Below, in pieces: positions 1-9,797 of a stretch of DNA of 64,000 nt (position 1 is the first letter of the stretch; each line of letters starts with the position of its first letter). The notes under the pieces are model-generated. The model was not told the DNA's origin and did no database searches. It saw nothing but the letters and a program-made list of their open reading frames with translations. Where the stretch lies: IMG/VR virus record IMGVR_UViG_3300021378_000004; one strand, 5' to 3'. The position numbers and the translations under genes are program-made. The stretch is from a virus.

Positions 1-169
1 TGACTTTGTATATGACGGTCTCGTAGGCTTGATTGCTTTTGATATGTACTGCACCGACAATCCGTCATTCATGCTCGAACTCGTATGCGCTCACCTTGAC
101 AAAAAGATGGGCATCAACGGCAAGGGTGAAGACTGGCCTAAACTTCCTAACTTAGTTTAGGAGTTGCCG

Positions 170-328
170 ATGTTTGTAGTTTACGTATTTCAAAATGATG
201 AGCTTATTACACGTGCCGAATGCAATGACATGAAGCACGCAATTGGCATGATGAAAGACCACGTAGAGATCTGGTGTGAAAAGCCGGGTTATCGAGTCAC
301 GATTGCTCATGAAAAAAATTCAAATTAA
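170..328 (+). CDS. small hypothetical protein (52 aa)
   Basis: Hand-translated ORF MFVVYVFQNDELIT... with AGGAG RBS upstream. Confidence 0.6.
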   Translation: MFVVYVFQNDELITRAECNDMKHAIGMMKDHVEIWCEKPGYRVTIAHEKNSN

Positions 329-341
329 ATGCATTTTTTCC

Positions 342-370
342 TTTACATTAAGTTAAAAGTGTGGTATAAT
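342..370 (+). promoter_or_regulatory. early sigma70-type promoter (TTTACA-N17-TATAAT, extended -10 TG)
   Basis: Preceded by aaattaaatgcattttttcc, identical to the copy at ~1028; same architecture occurs 6 times. Confidence 0.85.
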
Positions 371-415
371 AGTACTATAAAATAAAAAATTAACTATTTA
401 ACGGGAGTTTATATA

Positions 416-712
416 ATGATAGTTTCAATTACTTTTAATAACAATTACGGTGCGGTTCCATATACTGCTGCATCAATTGCAACACCTTTTACAGATACTC
501 AAATGGCTCTACAGGATGCCTTCGGTAAGACACAAAATGTGTTCAAGTCTTGGTCTGAAAATCCACAATCTGGTGTAACAGTATGCCACCACAACTTTGA
601 TGGTACACCTCTTCGCAGCTCAATGGTTGGAGATGAGTTCACCATATTCGATGCTGACGGTGCGGCTACAAAGTTTGAAGTTGCAAGAATTGGTTTTAAG
701 GAGGTAGCGTAA
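416..712 (+). CDS. hypothetical early protein
   Basis: GGGAG RBS, directly after early promoter; RSSMVGD...VARIGF motif seen in small phage proteins. Confidence 0.7.
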   Translation: MIVSITFNNNYGAVPYTAASIATPFTDTQMALQDAFGKTQNVFKSWSENPQSGVTVCHHNFDGTPLRSSMVGDEFTIFDADGAATKFEVARIGFKEVA

Positions 713-897
713 TGAAGAAAGCAGAACACATGATGAGCTCAATGACTATGACAAAGCTCACTGCATACCAAAATGAATATACTTCTTTAGTAAAGTTACC
801 AAATCCATCTGATGATACTTTAGATCGAATTGGATTACTTGAAATTATTTTTACTAAGCTTGATCAAGGTAAAATTCTAATAAGGAGTGCAGCATAA
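712..897 (+). CDS. hypothetical protein
   Basis: TAATG coupling, GGAGG RBS. Confidence 0.6.
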   Translation: MKKAEHMMSSMTMTKLTAYQNEYTSLVKLPNPSDDTLDRIGLLEIIFTKLDQGKILIRSAA

Positions 898-1034
898 TGC
901 CAAAGAAGTATCATGACTGGGTGTACATGGCGGACGACTCCATGAATAAAACTTTAAAGACAATCATCGTAGTAGTTTATTGCTACGGTGCTTATCTTTT
1001 CTTTAAAGAAATAATTGAAAAATTTTTAAATTAA
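897..1034 (+). CDS. small membrane protein (45 aa)
   Basis: Hand-translated, TAATG coupling, one hydrophobic segment. Confidence 0.5.
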   Translation: MPKKYHDWVYMADDSMNKTLKTIIVVVYCYGAYLFFKEIIEKFLN

Positions 1035-1047
1035 ATGCATTTTTTCC

Positions 1048-1076
1048 TTTACATCTTAGAAAAAATGTGGTATAAT
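1048..1076 (+). promoter_or_regulatory. early sigma70-type promoter
   Basis: TTTACA-N17-TATAAT, near-identical to 342-370. Confidence 0.85.
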
Positions 1077-1111
1077 AGATCTATAATAATTAAAAAGGAA
1101 CAATTTATATT

Positions 1112-1234
1112 ATGAAAAAATTATTAGCAATAACATCAGTCTTAGCATGTGTCTTACTTATCGGCGCAATCGAAGATCCATGTACAACCGAAGGTCTTGC
1201 ACCTGGTTGTATCCAACAAAATTCAAATCAATAG
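1112..1234 (+). CDS. small signal-peptide-like protein (40 aa)
   Basis: MKKLLAITSVLACVLLIG..., AAGGA RBS. Confidence 0.45.
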   Translation: MKKLLAITSVLACVLLIGAIEDPCTTEGLAPGCIQQNSNQ

Positions 1235-1252
1235 CCTTAGGAGGAATATATT

Positions 1253-2212
1253 ATGGCACATCAAGTTGAAACAATGGCATATGCAGGTGAAGTACCATGG
1301 CATGGTCTAGGCGTACCGGTCAGCAATGATCTTACACCAAACCAAATGATGACGAAAGCTGGTCTCGACTGGACGGTCGATCAGGTTGACTCATACGCAA
1401 CTCTACCAAGTGGTAAGAAAGTTGCTACAGGCATGAAAGCCTTAGTAAGAAGTTCAGACGATAAAGTCTTGACTAACATCGGTCAGATCTGGAATCCAGT
1501 TCAGAATGAAGAAGCTTTTGAATTCTTTTCAGAGTATGTTCTTGCTGGTGATATGGAAATGCATACAGCAGGTTCACTTAAAGGTGGACAGATGGTATGG
1601 GCTTTAGCTAAAGTCAAAGAATCATTTGATCTCTTCGGCGGTGATAAAGTTGAGTCTTACTTACTTTTCTCTAATCCGCATCTCTATGGTAAGTCTATAG
1701 ACATTAGGTTTACGCCAATCAGAGTTGTATGTAACAATACACTTTCACTTTCACTCGATCAGCAGGCTCAAAGGTCTGTAAAAGTTGGTCATAGAGTTGA
1801 ATTCAATTCTAACGAAGTTAAGAAAGCTCTTGGCATTGCATCTGATAAGTTAAAGACTTATAAAGAAATGGCAGAGTTTTTAGGTTCTAAAAGATACAAC
1901 ATTGATTCACTTATTGAGTTCTATAATAATGTTTATCCAAGAACTGCGGATAAGAGAGTTCAAAACAGATCTCTTTCTATGGAAACTCTTTCAAAGAATG
2001 CGATTGCATGTTACGATGCTTTAGAGCAACAACCCGGTGCAAAGTATGCAGAAGGTTCTTGGTGGCAAGCATTCAACTCAGTAACTTATGTTACAGATCA
2101 TCTACAAGGTAGAAATTCTGACAACAGACTTTACTCTTCATGGTTTGGTGGAAACCAGATTAAAAAAAGAAATGCTCTTAACACAGCATTAAAGTTTGCA
2201 GAGGTTGCATAA
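1253..2212 (+). CDS. DUF932 family phage/plasmid protein
   Basis: PWHGLG, AGLDW, VQNEEAF, TAGSLKGG, TPIRVVCNNTL motifs. Confidence 0.9.
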   Translation: MAHQVETMAYAGEVPWHGLGVPVSNDLTPNQMMTKAGLDWTVDQVDSYATLPSGKKVATGMKALVRSSDDKVLTNIGQIWNPVQNEEAFEFFSEYVLAGDMEMHTAGSLKGGQMVWALAKVKESFDLFGGDKVESYLLFSNPHLYGKSIDIRFTPIRVVCNNTLSLSLDQQAQRSVKVGHRVEFNSNEVKKALGIASDKLKTYKEMAEFLGSKRYNIDSLIEFYNNVYPRTADKRVQNRSLSMETLSKNAIACYDALEQQPGAKYAEGSWWQAFNSVTYVTDHLQGRNSDNRLYSSWFGGNQIKKRNALNTALKFAEVA

Positions 2213-2403
2213 TGACTGATGGTCCTTTGAAACGAGCATTTGATCTCCTAGACAGTGAAGGTGTACTGTCTAGGGAACTTACAACATTTAAAATTCGTGG
2301 TAGTCAACTAGTAAAAGAAGTTGTAACACGAACTTATTATAATAATGATTATATTGATAAAATAGCAATAACCCCAATTTATAAAATAGAAGGAGAAAAA
2401 TAA
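2212..2403 (+). CDS. hypothetical protein
   Basis: Translationally coupled ORF. Confidence 0.6.
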   Translation: MTDGPLKRAFDLLDSEGVLSRELTTFKIRGSQLVKEVVTRTYYNNDYIDKIAITPIYKIEGEK

Positions 2404-2588
2404 TGGGAATCATAGTATTGGTCATTGCGATGTTCAGTATGAATACGCAAGAATTTAGAGAAACAGCTAACAGCCAAATGAAAGATGGTTATGAATGGGA
2501 ATACGTCGGTAAGCAAGCACCGTCTGGTGTCCCTGCGATAACTCTTGAAGCGAATGGTGAAGAGTATATATTATGGAAACTTAAATAA
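2403..2588 (+). CDS. hypothetical protein with N-terminal hydrophobic segment
   Basis: Coupled ORF, AGGAG RBS. Confidence 0.6.
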   Translation: MGIIVLVIAMFSMNTQEFRETANSQMKDGYEWEYVGKQAPSGVPAITLEANGEEYILWKLK

Positions 2589-2806
2589 TGAATACATCAC
2601 GGAGTGTATTTAAAGACACTCTAGCCATGTCTATGGGAATGGATAGAGTTCTTAATGAGATAAGTTTTTGGGAAAATAAATCTAAGAAAGTTAAATCTGT
2701 AAAGAAAAGACTCGAAAGGTTGTATGCGGCTCGCACTCAACTAGTAGAAAACCCAAAAGAATCGAAAAGTTTAGTTGATCAATTGAAGGAGATAAACCAA
2801 TCATGA
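2588..2806 (+). CDS. hypothetical protein
   Basis: Coupled ORF. Confidence 0.6.
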   Translation: MNTSRSVFKDTLAMSMGMDRVLNEISFWENKSKKVKSVKKRLERLYAARTQLVENPKESKSLVDQLKEINQS

Positions 2807-3210
2807 ATAAATTAACGTATATAGCATGTGCAAGCTTAGTGTTTTTTACAGGTTCTGCACATGCTAATCAAGTACGAGATCACTATAAGTCTGTCATAAG
2901 TCAAACACCTTATACAGTTGAAGTTTGTAGAGATCAAGTCACATCGGGTGACAAGACCGGAGATGCTCTTGCTGGAGCAATTATCGGTGGAATATTAGGT
3001 AACAACATCAAAGGAGAAAAAGATGGTGGAGCAATCGGAGCTATTATTGGTGGCATGCTTGGTCATTCAAATAGTAGCGCTAGTAGCGGTGTTAAGAGAT
3101 ACTGCAGGAATCAAACGCGTTATAAGGAAGAGTCTAGAACAGTCTACTCTCATTCAACAGTCACTTTCCAATACGAAGGAAAAACATATACAGTCAGGTT
3201 TCAAAAATGA
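2803..3210 (+). CDS. glycine-zipper 2TM exported protein
   Basis: Signal peptide (…SAHA) and GAIIGGILG/GAIIGGMLG glycine zipper flanked by a Cys pair. Confidence 0.8.
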   Translation: MNKLTYIACASLVFFTGSAHANQVRDHYKSVISQTPYTVEVCRDQVTSGDKTGDALAGAIIGGILGNNIKGEKDGGAIGAIIGGMLGHSNSSASSGVKRYCRNQTRYKEESRTVYSHSTVTFQYEGKTYTVRFQK

Positions 3211-3371
3211 AACATAAACTTGATATGATTGCCGCTTGGGCAAAAGAAAATGGAATTCGTGGATACGAACATTATGATCCTAATTATCGTCCAGAAGATA
3301 GGAAACGTAATAATTCTTCTCAAAAGAAAAGGTTTAACAAAAGTGTAACATTCAAGAGACGTGACCGCTAA
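3207..3371 (+). CDS. small basic hypothetical protein (54 aa)
   Basis: Hand-translated, ATGA overlap with the previous stop. Confidence 0.5.
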   Translation: MKHKLDMIAAWAKENGIRGYEHYDPNYRPEDRKRNNSSQKKRFNKSVTFKRRDR

Positions 3372-3382
3372 TATATAATAGT

Positions 3383-3850
3383 ATGAATGAATTAATTAAA
3401 AAGGTGTGTAAGATGGACTTAGGCAATCCCATAATGACTACTCTCGTTGGACTTGTTGTTTTTTATATAGGTCTTAAAATGTTTTCAGGTGGAATGAAAT
3501 CCATGGGAAACTTAGAACATCTTAACTTCTTTATTCATAATCCTTATTGGATGTTTGTTGGAGGAATTGTGATGACACTGTTATGGCAATCATCAAGTCT
3601 TTCAACCACCGCAATAATTGCCCTTGTGGCATCAGGCGCTGTCCCCCTTCCTGCAGCAATTGCTGCAGTTCTTGGCGCCAATATTGGAACTACTGGTACA
3701 ATTTGGTTAGCGGGACTTCTAGTTTCTGATGGTATGCCTAAAGGTGATACACTCAGAATAGCTATGGCTCATACTGGAGTCAATCTCTTAATGGCTGTAG
3801 CGTTACTTCCGTTTGTTGGTCACATAGCAAGATTTCTTCTTCGATTTTAA
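3383..3850 (+). CDS. Na+/Pi cotransporter family protein, single repeat
   Basis: QSSS motif plus GANIGTT, several TM segments. Confidence 0.85.
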   Translation: MNELIKKVCKMDLGNPIMTTLVGLVVFYIGLKMFSGGMKSMGNLEHLNFFIHNPYWMFVGGIVMTLLWQSSSLSTTAIIALVASGAVPLPAAIAAVLGANIGTTGTIWLAGLLVSDGMPKGDTLRIAMAHTGVNLLMAVALLPFVGHIARFLLRF

Positions 3851-3871
3851 AACGATTTAAAAATTAATACT

Positions 3872-3893
3872 GCGTCCGTAAGGGCGCTTTTTT
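3872..3893 (+). terminator. rho-independent terminator
   Basis: GCGTCC-GTAA-GGGCGC hairpin followed by T6. Confidence 0.85.
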
Positions 3894-3907
3894 AAGTTGT
3901 AAACTAT

Positions 3908-3915
3908 TATAAATA
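3908..3915 (+). promoter_or_regulatory. T4-type late promoter TATAAATA
   Basis: Exact gp55 consensus, after the terminator and 5 nt before the ATG at 3921. Confidence 0.8.
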
Positions 3916-3920
3916 GAATC

Positions 3921-5324
3921 ATGTTAAAATTTAAATCATACATGAGATACTTGGAGGAGCGCATGATACTCGAATTTTCGAAGATGCCGCCAGGTGAATG
4001 GGAAAAAATAAATTCTCAGACTAAAGAAACACGTATAGCTATACTAAGAAAGATCGTTAAAGCTGGTGAAGCTATTCCTTCTATTGCAGGCAAAGAAATA
4101 ATAATAAAGAATACACCAGCAAATAGAGAAGCAATTGATCGTTTAGAAAAAGAAAAGAAAACACAAGAGTTTGAAACAAATGCCGGCACAATTAAATCAA
4201 ATGAAATCGGTAAATCAAATGTATTCGGTGGAGCTACCGGAGGTTCTGGTGGCGGAACGCAGCAAACCGCTTTTGCTGAAATTACACAATGTGTTTACTG
4301 CGCGTATATGGTGAACAATACCCGTGCATCCTTTGAGTCTATCCAGCCATCTGATCTTGAAAAAGCCTATAATGCAATTTCAGTGAAAGGTGCTACATTT
4401 GAACAGGTTATGAGTCTAGATGCATCATGGCATTGGTCGGGTTATTGGACAGCACAAGAATTACTAAAGAAAAATTTAATTAATAAAAATATGTCATTCC
4501 ACCGTGATGATAAAGTTATGAATGACATTTATAAAGTAAAAGATGAAGCTCTTAAAAATTCTCAAATGAATAAGTTAAGTAATGACAAATGGAACCCTGG
4601 TGACATATGGGCAACTACTGATAAATCAATAGCCAGCAAACTACCAAAAGGTTCTATTCAGGAACTAAATAAAACACTTGTTAAACTATTTGAATCAAGA
4701 AAATTAGTAGGTATTTCATTAAAAAAGGTTCAATCTAAAAAAGGAATAAAACTTTCTATAGAAAATAAAGATGAAAGTTTAGATGTTCATAAGTTTAAAG
4801 GCGGACGATTGATGGCAACCTTTGCTAAAAAAGGTTCTGAATTCTGGAGAGGTAAAGCTGCTAACATCGAGTTTGACGGAGGTAAAGCTGCAATACGTAA
4901 TAAATCGCAATTTGCTGCTTTAACATTTGAACTAGAATTAAAAACTGCAAGAGGTGGTGGCGGAGGCTACGCACAAATAACCGATTCAATTAAAAGAAGG
5001 ATCGGTAAAACACTACCTTCAAACGCAGATCTTAAAAGAACAGCATTGGAATTAAACAAACAAGGTGAAAAGTCTCGTAATGCATTACCAATCTACAATA
5101 TGGTTAAGAAGATACATCCTACAGTTAGTAAAGAAGAATTCATGGAAGGCTTAACTACAAAGTTAGCAAATGAAGTGCATAGTAAAATTGCTTCAATACA
5201 TGTGTTGTTTCATTTAGTTGATAATATGAGAAACGGCAAAGCAGATTTGGTTGTAACAGACATGGTGAATTATGCTGGTTCTAAACTAGACATATCATCA
5301 ATTTACGCAAAGGTTTACGAATGA
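3921..5324 (+). CDS. putative PD-(D/E)xK-fold nuclease-like protein with capsid-targeting-like N-terminus
   Basis: KWNPGDIW...LVGISLKK; N-terminus MLKFKSYMRYLEE. Confidence 0.5.
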   Translation: MLKFKSYMRYLEERMILEFSKMPPGEWEKINSQTKETRIAILRKIVKAGEAIPSIAGKEIIIKNTPANREAIDRLEKEKKTQEFETNAGTIKSNEIGKSNVFGGATGGSGGGTQQTAFAEITQCVYCAYMVNNTRASFESIQPSDLEKAYNAISVKGATFEQVMSLDASWHWSGYWTAQELLKKNLINKNMSFHRDDKVMNDIYKVKDEALKNSQMNKLSNDKWNPGDIWATTDKSIASKLPKGSIQELNKTLVKLFESRKLVGISLKKVQSKKGIKLSIENKDESLDVHKFKGGRLMATFAKKGSEFWRGKAANIEFDGGKAAIRNKSQFAALTFELELKTARGGGGGYAQITDSIKRRIGKTLPSNADLKRTALELNKQGEKSRNALPIYNMVKKIHPTVSKEEFMEGLTTKLANEVHSKIASIHVLFHLVDNMRNGKADLVVTDMVNYAGSKLDISSIYAKVYE

Positions 5325-6550
5325 TTAAATTTAAAGAATATATAACAGAACAAAAGAATACACACATGACTCACATCGAAGACAAAGTTCTTTACGGTGG
5401 TGTAGATGGAACTAGGCAAGCTATACTTGCTTTACGTTCATTAAGAGACATGTTAGCAGGAGTTAAAGATGGAAACGTTAGTGTTAAGTGGGACGGTGCA
5501 CCCGCTGTTTTCGCTGGTACTGATCCTCGCGACGGTAAATTTTTTGTGGCTAAGAAAGGCATCTTCAACGCCACGCCAAAAGTATATAAAACTAATTCTG
5601 ACGTTGACGACGATACTGGTGGTGATCTTAATGCTAAACTCAAAGCCGCATTAAAGTATTTGCCTGAACTCGGTATCAAAGGTGTAGTACAAGGTGACTT
5701 CTTATTTGATTCAAGTGATGTTAAAACTAAAAAGTTAAAAGGTAAACCTTATGTCACTTTTCATCCTAATACAATTGTATATGCAGTGCCGGCTGGAACT
5801 GAAGCTGCTAAGAAAGTTAAAGCTGCAAAGATTGGAATAGTTTGGCACACTACATACACAGGTAACACATTTGAAACAATGAAAGCTTCTTACGGTGTAG
5901 ATACTACTAAGTTTAAAAACACTAAAAATGTTTGGTCACAAGATGCAATGCTCAGAGACATGACTCAATTTACAATGACTAAAAAAGATACGGAGGAAGT
6001 TAATGCACATCTTAGTAATGCTGGCAGGATTTTTAATAAAATTTCTAGTACTACCTTACGTACTCTCGAAAACAACAATAACATTGCTCAGCTTATTGAA
6101 ACGTTTAATAATTCTTTTGTACGAAAAGGTGAAGTCATTGGTAATACCAAAACCCACGTTGCGAAGTTAATATCACACATAAAATTGAAGTTTCAAAAAG
6201 AGATAGATAAAAGAAAGAGCGAAAAAGGTAAAACTGCTCAACAACAAAAATTAAATGAAATACTTAAATTCTTTTCACCACAAAACAAAATAAGTTTGGA
6301 AATGATGTTTGAATTACAGAAATCTATAGTTCTAGCAAAATTAAAAATTATAAATATACTTAATAAGCTTAATGGCGCACAAACGTTTCTTAAGACTCGT
6401 GATGGGTATAAGGTAACGGGTCAAGAAGGGTATGTGGCCATTGACAAACTTGGTGGTGATGCAGTGAAAATCGTTGATCGTATGGAATTCTCATATGCCA
6501 ACTTTTCACCAGAAATTATAAAAGGATGGGACAAGCCGGGGAGGAACTAA
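5321..6550 (+). CDS. ligase/capping-enzyme-fold nucleotidyltransferase (DUF6267-like)
   Basis: KWDG (motif I), QGDFLF (III), EGYVA (IV), VKIV (V); N-terminus MIKFKEYITE. Confidence 0.65.
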   Translation: MIKFKEYITEQKNTHMTHIEDKVLYGGVDGTRQAILALRSLRDMLAGVKDGNVSVKWDGAPAVFAGTDPRDGKFFVAKKGIFNATPKVYKTNSDVDDDTGGDLNAKLKAALKYLPELGIKGVVQGDFLFDSSDVKTKKLKGKPYVTFHPNTIVYAVPAGTEAAKKVKAAKIGIVWHTTYTGNTFETMKASYGVDTTKFKNTKNVWSQDAMLRDMTQFTMTKKDTEEVNAHLSNAGRIFNKISSTTLRTLENNNNIAQLIETFNNSFVRKGEVIGNTKTHVAKLISHIKLKFQKEIDKRKSEKGKTAQQQKLNEILKFFSPQNKISLEMMFELQKSIVLAKLKIINILNKLNGAQTFLKTRDGYKVTGQEGYVAIDKLGGDAVKIVDRMEFSYANFSPEIIKGWDKPGRN

Positions 6551-7446
6551 TGGCACCATTAGATTTTAAACATATGACGTCTGCGGATTATAAGCCAGGC
6601 GAATCAGATGAAGTGAAATACTACGCTCAGAAACGTAAGAAGCAATATCACGGAAATGAGAGCGTACAATCAGCAGATAGAAAACCAGAAAAATATATAA
6701 AGCCTGACGGTAAAGTCGGCATACGCATGGTTAAGACTGATAAAGAAGTTATTAAAAAAGAAGCAATTGTAGATCCTAATGATTTAAAAGGTAGACCAAA
6801 AAAAGCAGATCCTAATCCTGAATCTCCTTATGGTATTAAACATCCATTACATCCAGCTAATTTGAAAAAGAAAAAAGCTAAAAGCGAAGCTTCTTCTCCT
6901 TCAGTTCTTAAACCAACTAAACCATCTGACATAACTAAACACGCTAGAACACTAGCAAAAAATCCTGGTGATTACGAACGTAATAAGAAAAAGTACATTG
7001 ATAAAGCTCGTGCTAAAGTATTTAGAATGTATCCTAGAGAAAGCTTAAACGGTTTAATGAAAGAAGAATCAATTGACGAAGCTACATGGCCAGATGAAAT
7101 GCCAAAAGAAGAAGTAGATGTTGATGAAGCCTTAAACCTACAACAGAGAATGAAGAAATCTCGATTGATGAAGAGATTAAAAACAAGAATTAAGATTGGT
7201 CGTCAAAGAGCCATGAGAAAGATGGCTAATAAAAAGACTCTTGAAAAAAGATCACGAAGACAAGCACGTAATGAAATTGCAAAGAAATTAACTCGAGGCA
7301 TACCTAAAAGCGAGCTTACATTTGCAAGAAAACAAGAAATTGAAAAGAGACTTGATAAGCCAGCGTTAAAACAAAGGATTAATAGATTAGCTAAACGCAA
7401 GTTTAAAGACGTTCGTAAGAAAGAAGTACAGAGGAAAAAAGGTTAA
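6550..7446 (+). CDS. basic modular hypothetical protein, probable internal head protein
   Basis: Start at 6550 after GGAGG; K/R-rich C-terminus; shares a module with 8629-9579. Confidence 0.6.
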   Translation: MAPLDFKHMTSADYKPGESDEVKYYAQKRKKQYHGNESVQSADRKPEKYIKPDGKVGIRMVKTDKEVIKKEAIVDPNDLKGRPKKADPNPESPYGIKHPLHPANLKKKKAKSEASSPSVLKPTKPSDITKHARTLAKNPGDYERNKKKYIDKARAKVFRMYPRESLNGLMKEESIDEATWPDEMPKEEVDVDEALNLQQRMKKSRLMKRLKTRIKIGRQRAMRKMANKKTLEKRSRRQARNEIAKKLTRGIPKSELTFARKQEIEKRLDKPALKQRINRLAKRKFKDVRKKEVQRKKG

Positions 7447-8636
7447 TGATAAATTCGTTTAGATCATTTCTTATTGAAGAAGACAAAACTGTATACTTTA
7501 CTTTTGGACGTATGAATCCACCTACATCGGGTCATGAAAAGTTAATGAATGAGTTATCTAAAAAATCAGGTAGTAACCCATACAGAGTGTATCTATCTCA
7601 ATCTACAGATAACAAGAAAAACCCTTTGAACTATAATTATAAAATTAAGACGGTCCGTAAATTTTTTCCAAAGCACGCCAGAAGTGTAATGCTTGATAAG
7701 AAAGTTAAGAATGTATTTGATGCAGCAACTAAATTATATTCAGAAGGATATAAGAATATCAATATGGTTGTTGGCTCAGACAGGATTAATGAATTTAAAA
7801 AGTTATTAGAAAAATACAATGGTGTAAAAGGAAGACATGGACTTTATAAGTTTAACAAAATAAACGTAATTTCAGCTGGAGACCGTGATCCAGATGCAGA
7901 TGACGTATCAGGTATGTCAGCATCAAAGATGAGAAATTTGGCGAGTAAAGGAGACTTTACACAATTCTCACAAGGGTTACCTAGAAGTGTTTCGAATAAT
8001 GAAGCTAAGAAAGTATATAATGAAGTACGTCGTGGAATGGGATTAAAAGAACAAAAAGAATATAAAACTACATTACACTTTACTCCAGTCTCTGAAGAAA
8101 GAGAGGCATATGTTAAAGGAACTCTGTTTAATATTGGTGACAGTGTTGCTTTCATGGGCAGTGACGAACTCGCTACTGTTACCAATCTTGGAAGTAATTA
8201 TGTCATTGTAGAATCAAATGGTAGGTCTTATAGAAAATGGTTAACTGATATTGAATTAGTAGAAAAGAAACAAGAAGCACCGAAGAAAGTAAAGCAAGAT
8301 CCTGATGTAAAGAAAGCACCCGGTACTCAACCGGCTCCATACTTCAAAGGTCTTTCGAAATCTACTAAGACTAAAAGACTTTCACATTTCAAAAAACACG
8401 CTAAAATGTCGGATGATAATCCGGCAGCATACAAGAAAGCACCTGGTGATGCAACAGCTAAAACTAAACCAAGTAAACATACTTTAAAGTATAGAAGAAT
8501 GTATGGTGAAGATGCTGTAGACCTCGCTAAGAAAAAAATTGAAAGAGAAAAAATAGTTGATAAGATTAAACATGCTAGAATGTTAGATCGAGCTAAAGTT
8601 AGAAAAATTAAAAACAGGAGTAAAGCTAATGCTTAA
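7446..8636 (+). CDS. cytidyltransferase-like (HIGH-superfamily) nucleotidyltransferase
   Basis: FGRMNPPTSGH, VVGSDR, SAGDRDPD, MSASKMR. Confidence 0.85.
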   Translation: MINSFRSFLIEEDKTVYFTFGRMNPPTSGHEKLMNELSKKSGSNPYRVYLSQSTDNKKNPLNYNYKIKTVRKFFPKHARSVMLDKKVKNVFDAATKLYSEGYKNINMVVGSDRINEFKKLLEKYNGVKGRHGLYKFNKINVISAGDRDPDADDVSGMSASKMRNLASKGDFTQFSQGLPRSVSNNEAKKVYNEVRRGMGLKEQKEYKTTLHFTPVSEEREAYVKGTLFNIGDSVAFMGSDELATVTNLGSNYVIVESNGRSYRKWLTDIELVEKKQEAPKKVKQDPDVKKAPGTQPAPYFKGLSKSTKTKRLSHFKKHAKMSDDNPAAYKKAPGDATAKTKPSKHTLKYRRMYGEDAVDLAKKKIEREKIVDKIKHARMLDRAKVRKIKNRSKANA

Positions 8637-9579
8637 ATTTTCAACCCATCAAGAGTTATTCGAAAACGAAGGACTCAAGAAAAAATCGGCAAAGTCTGGC
8701 ATATCTTATGGTACTTTAAAGAAAGTATATAATAGAGGAATGGCAGCTTGGAAAACCGGTCACAGGCCAGGAACCACACCTCAACAGTGGGCAATGGCAA
8801 GAGTCAATTCTTATATTGGAAAAGGTAAAGGTACTTACTACGGTGCCGATTCAGACCTCAGCGGTAAAGGTAAAAAAGAATCTGTAGATGAAGCGCACGA
8901 CGCTAAACATGTTAAACAAGCAATTGGTATAGCATCTGATCCTCGATATAAAAAAGGAAATATGACTGGTGCTGTAAAAGCTATGAATAAAATCTCCAAA
9001 GATATTGATAAACATCCTCAAGTTGCAGCGGTTTTGAGAAAACAAAACGAATCTAAAGTAAATGAAATATCAAAGAATCTTGCAAAGAATTATATTGGCA
9101 AAGCCTCAAGAGATGTATTTCAAAAAGGCAGAGATGATTCTACACAAGATGCTATAGGCAAATTAGGTGGTAAGCATAAAGATCAAGATTACAATAAAGG
9201 TCCTGAAAGAAAAGCTTCAATGAGAGTACGTGGTATTGATAGAGCTACAAATAGGCTTATGAAAAAAGAAGCAGTTCATTCTGCAGATAAAAAACCAGAA
9301 AAATATAGAAAGCCTGATGGCAAAATTGGAATTCGAATGGTTCCAATGGATAAAGAAATTGTTAAAAAAGAAGCAATGTCTGATTCAGAAAAGAAAGCAC
9401 ATGACGCAGCTATCGCAGCATTTAAAGCTAAAGGTGGTAAAGTTAAAAAGCTTAAACCAGGTTATGCACAAGGTTGGACTGGTAAAGATGATCTTGGTAC
9501 TGGAATGAAAGGCATGATGTCAAAAGATGACACTAAAAGTTTTGGTACTAATAAAAAAGTTGGGAGCATGAAACGATGA
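8629..9579 (+). CDS. modular basic protein with DUF5824-like N-terminal domain
   Basis: LKKVYNRGMAAWKTGHRPG...QWAMARVNS. Confidence 0.6.
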   Translation: MLKFSTHQELFENEGLKKKSAKSGISYGTLKKVYNRGMAAWKTGHRPGTTPQQWAMARVNSYIGKGKGTYYGADSDLSGKGKKESVDEAHDAKHVKQAIGIASDPRYKKGNMTGAVKAMNKISKDIDKHPQVAAVLRKQNESKVNEISKNLAKNYIGKASRDVFQKGRDDSTQDAIGKLGGKHKDQDYNKGPERKASMRVRGIDRATNRLMKKEAVHSADKKPEKYRKPDGKIGIRMVPMDKEIVKKEAMSDSEKKAHDAAIAAFKAKGGKVKKLKPGYAQGWTGKDDLGTGMKGMMSKDDTKSFGTNKKVGSMKR

Positions 9580-9797
9580 CTTTGGCAAAAGCAATTAATG
9601 AAGTTAAAAAAAGCTTAATGGAAGAAAATATAGAAGAAGATCGTAAAGCTGGTAAATATAAAAAAGGTGAAATGATTGTTATGGGTCAATGGCCTAATCC
9701 TGATCAATGGGCTAAAGAATATATTATGCCAAATGTAGATAAAAAGGGTGTTCGTATATACTCAGATGGACCATCTTTTAAAATAGAAAAACTTTAG
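9576..9797 (+). CDS. hypothetical protein
   Basis: ATGA-coupled ORF. Confidence 0.6.
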   Translation: MTLAKAINEVKKSLMEENIEEDRKAGKYKKGEMIVMGQWPNPDQWAKEYIMPNVDKKGVRIYSDGPSFKIEKL

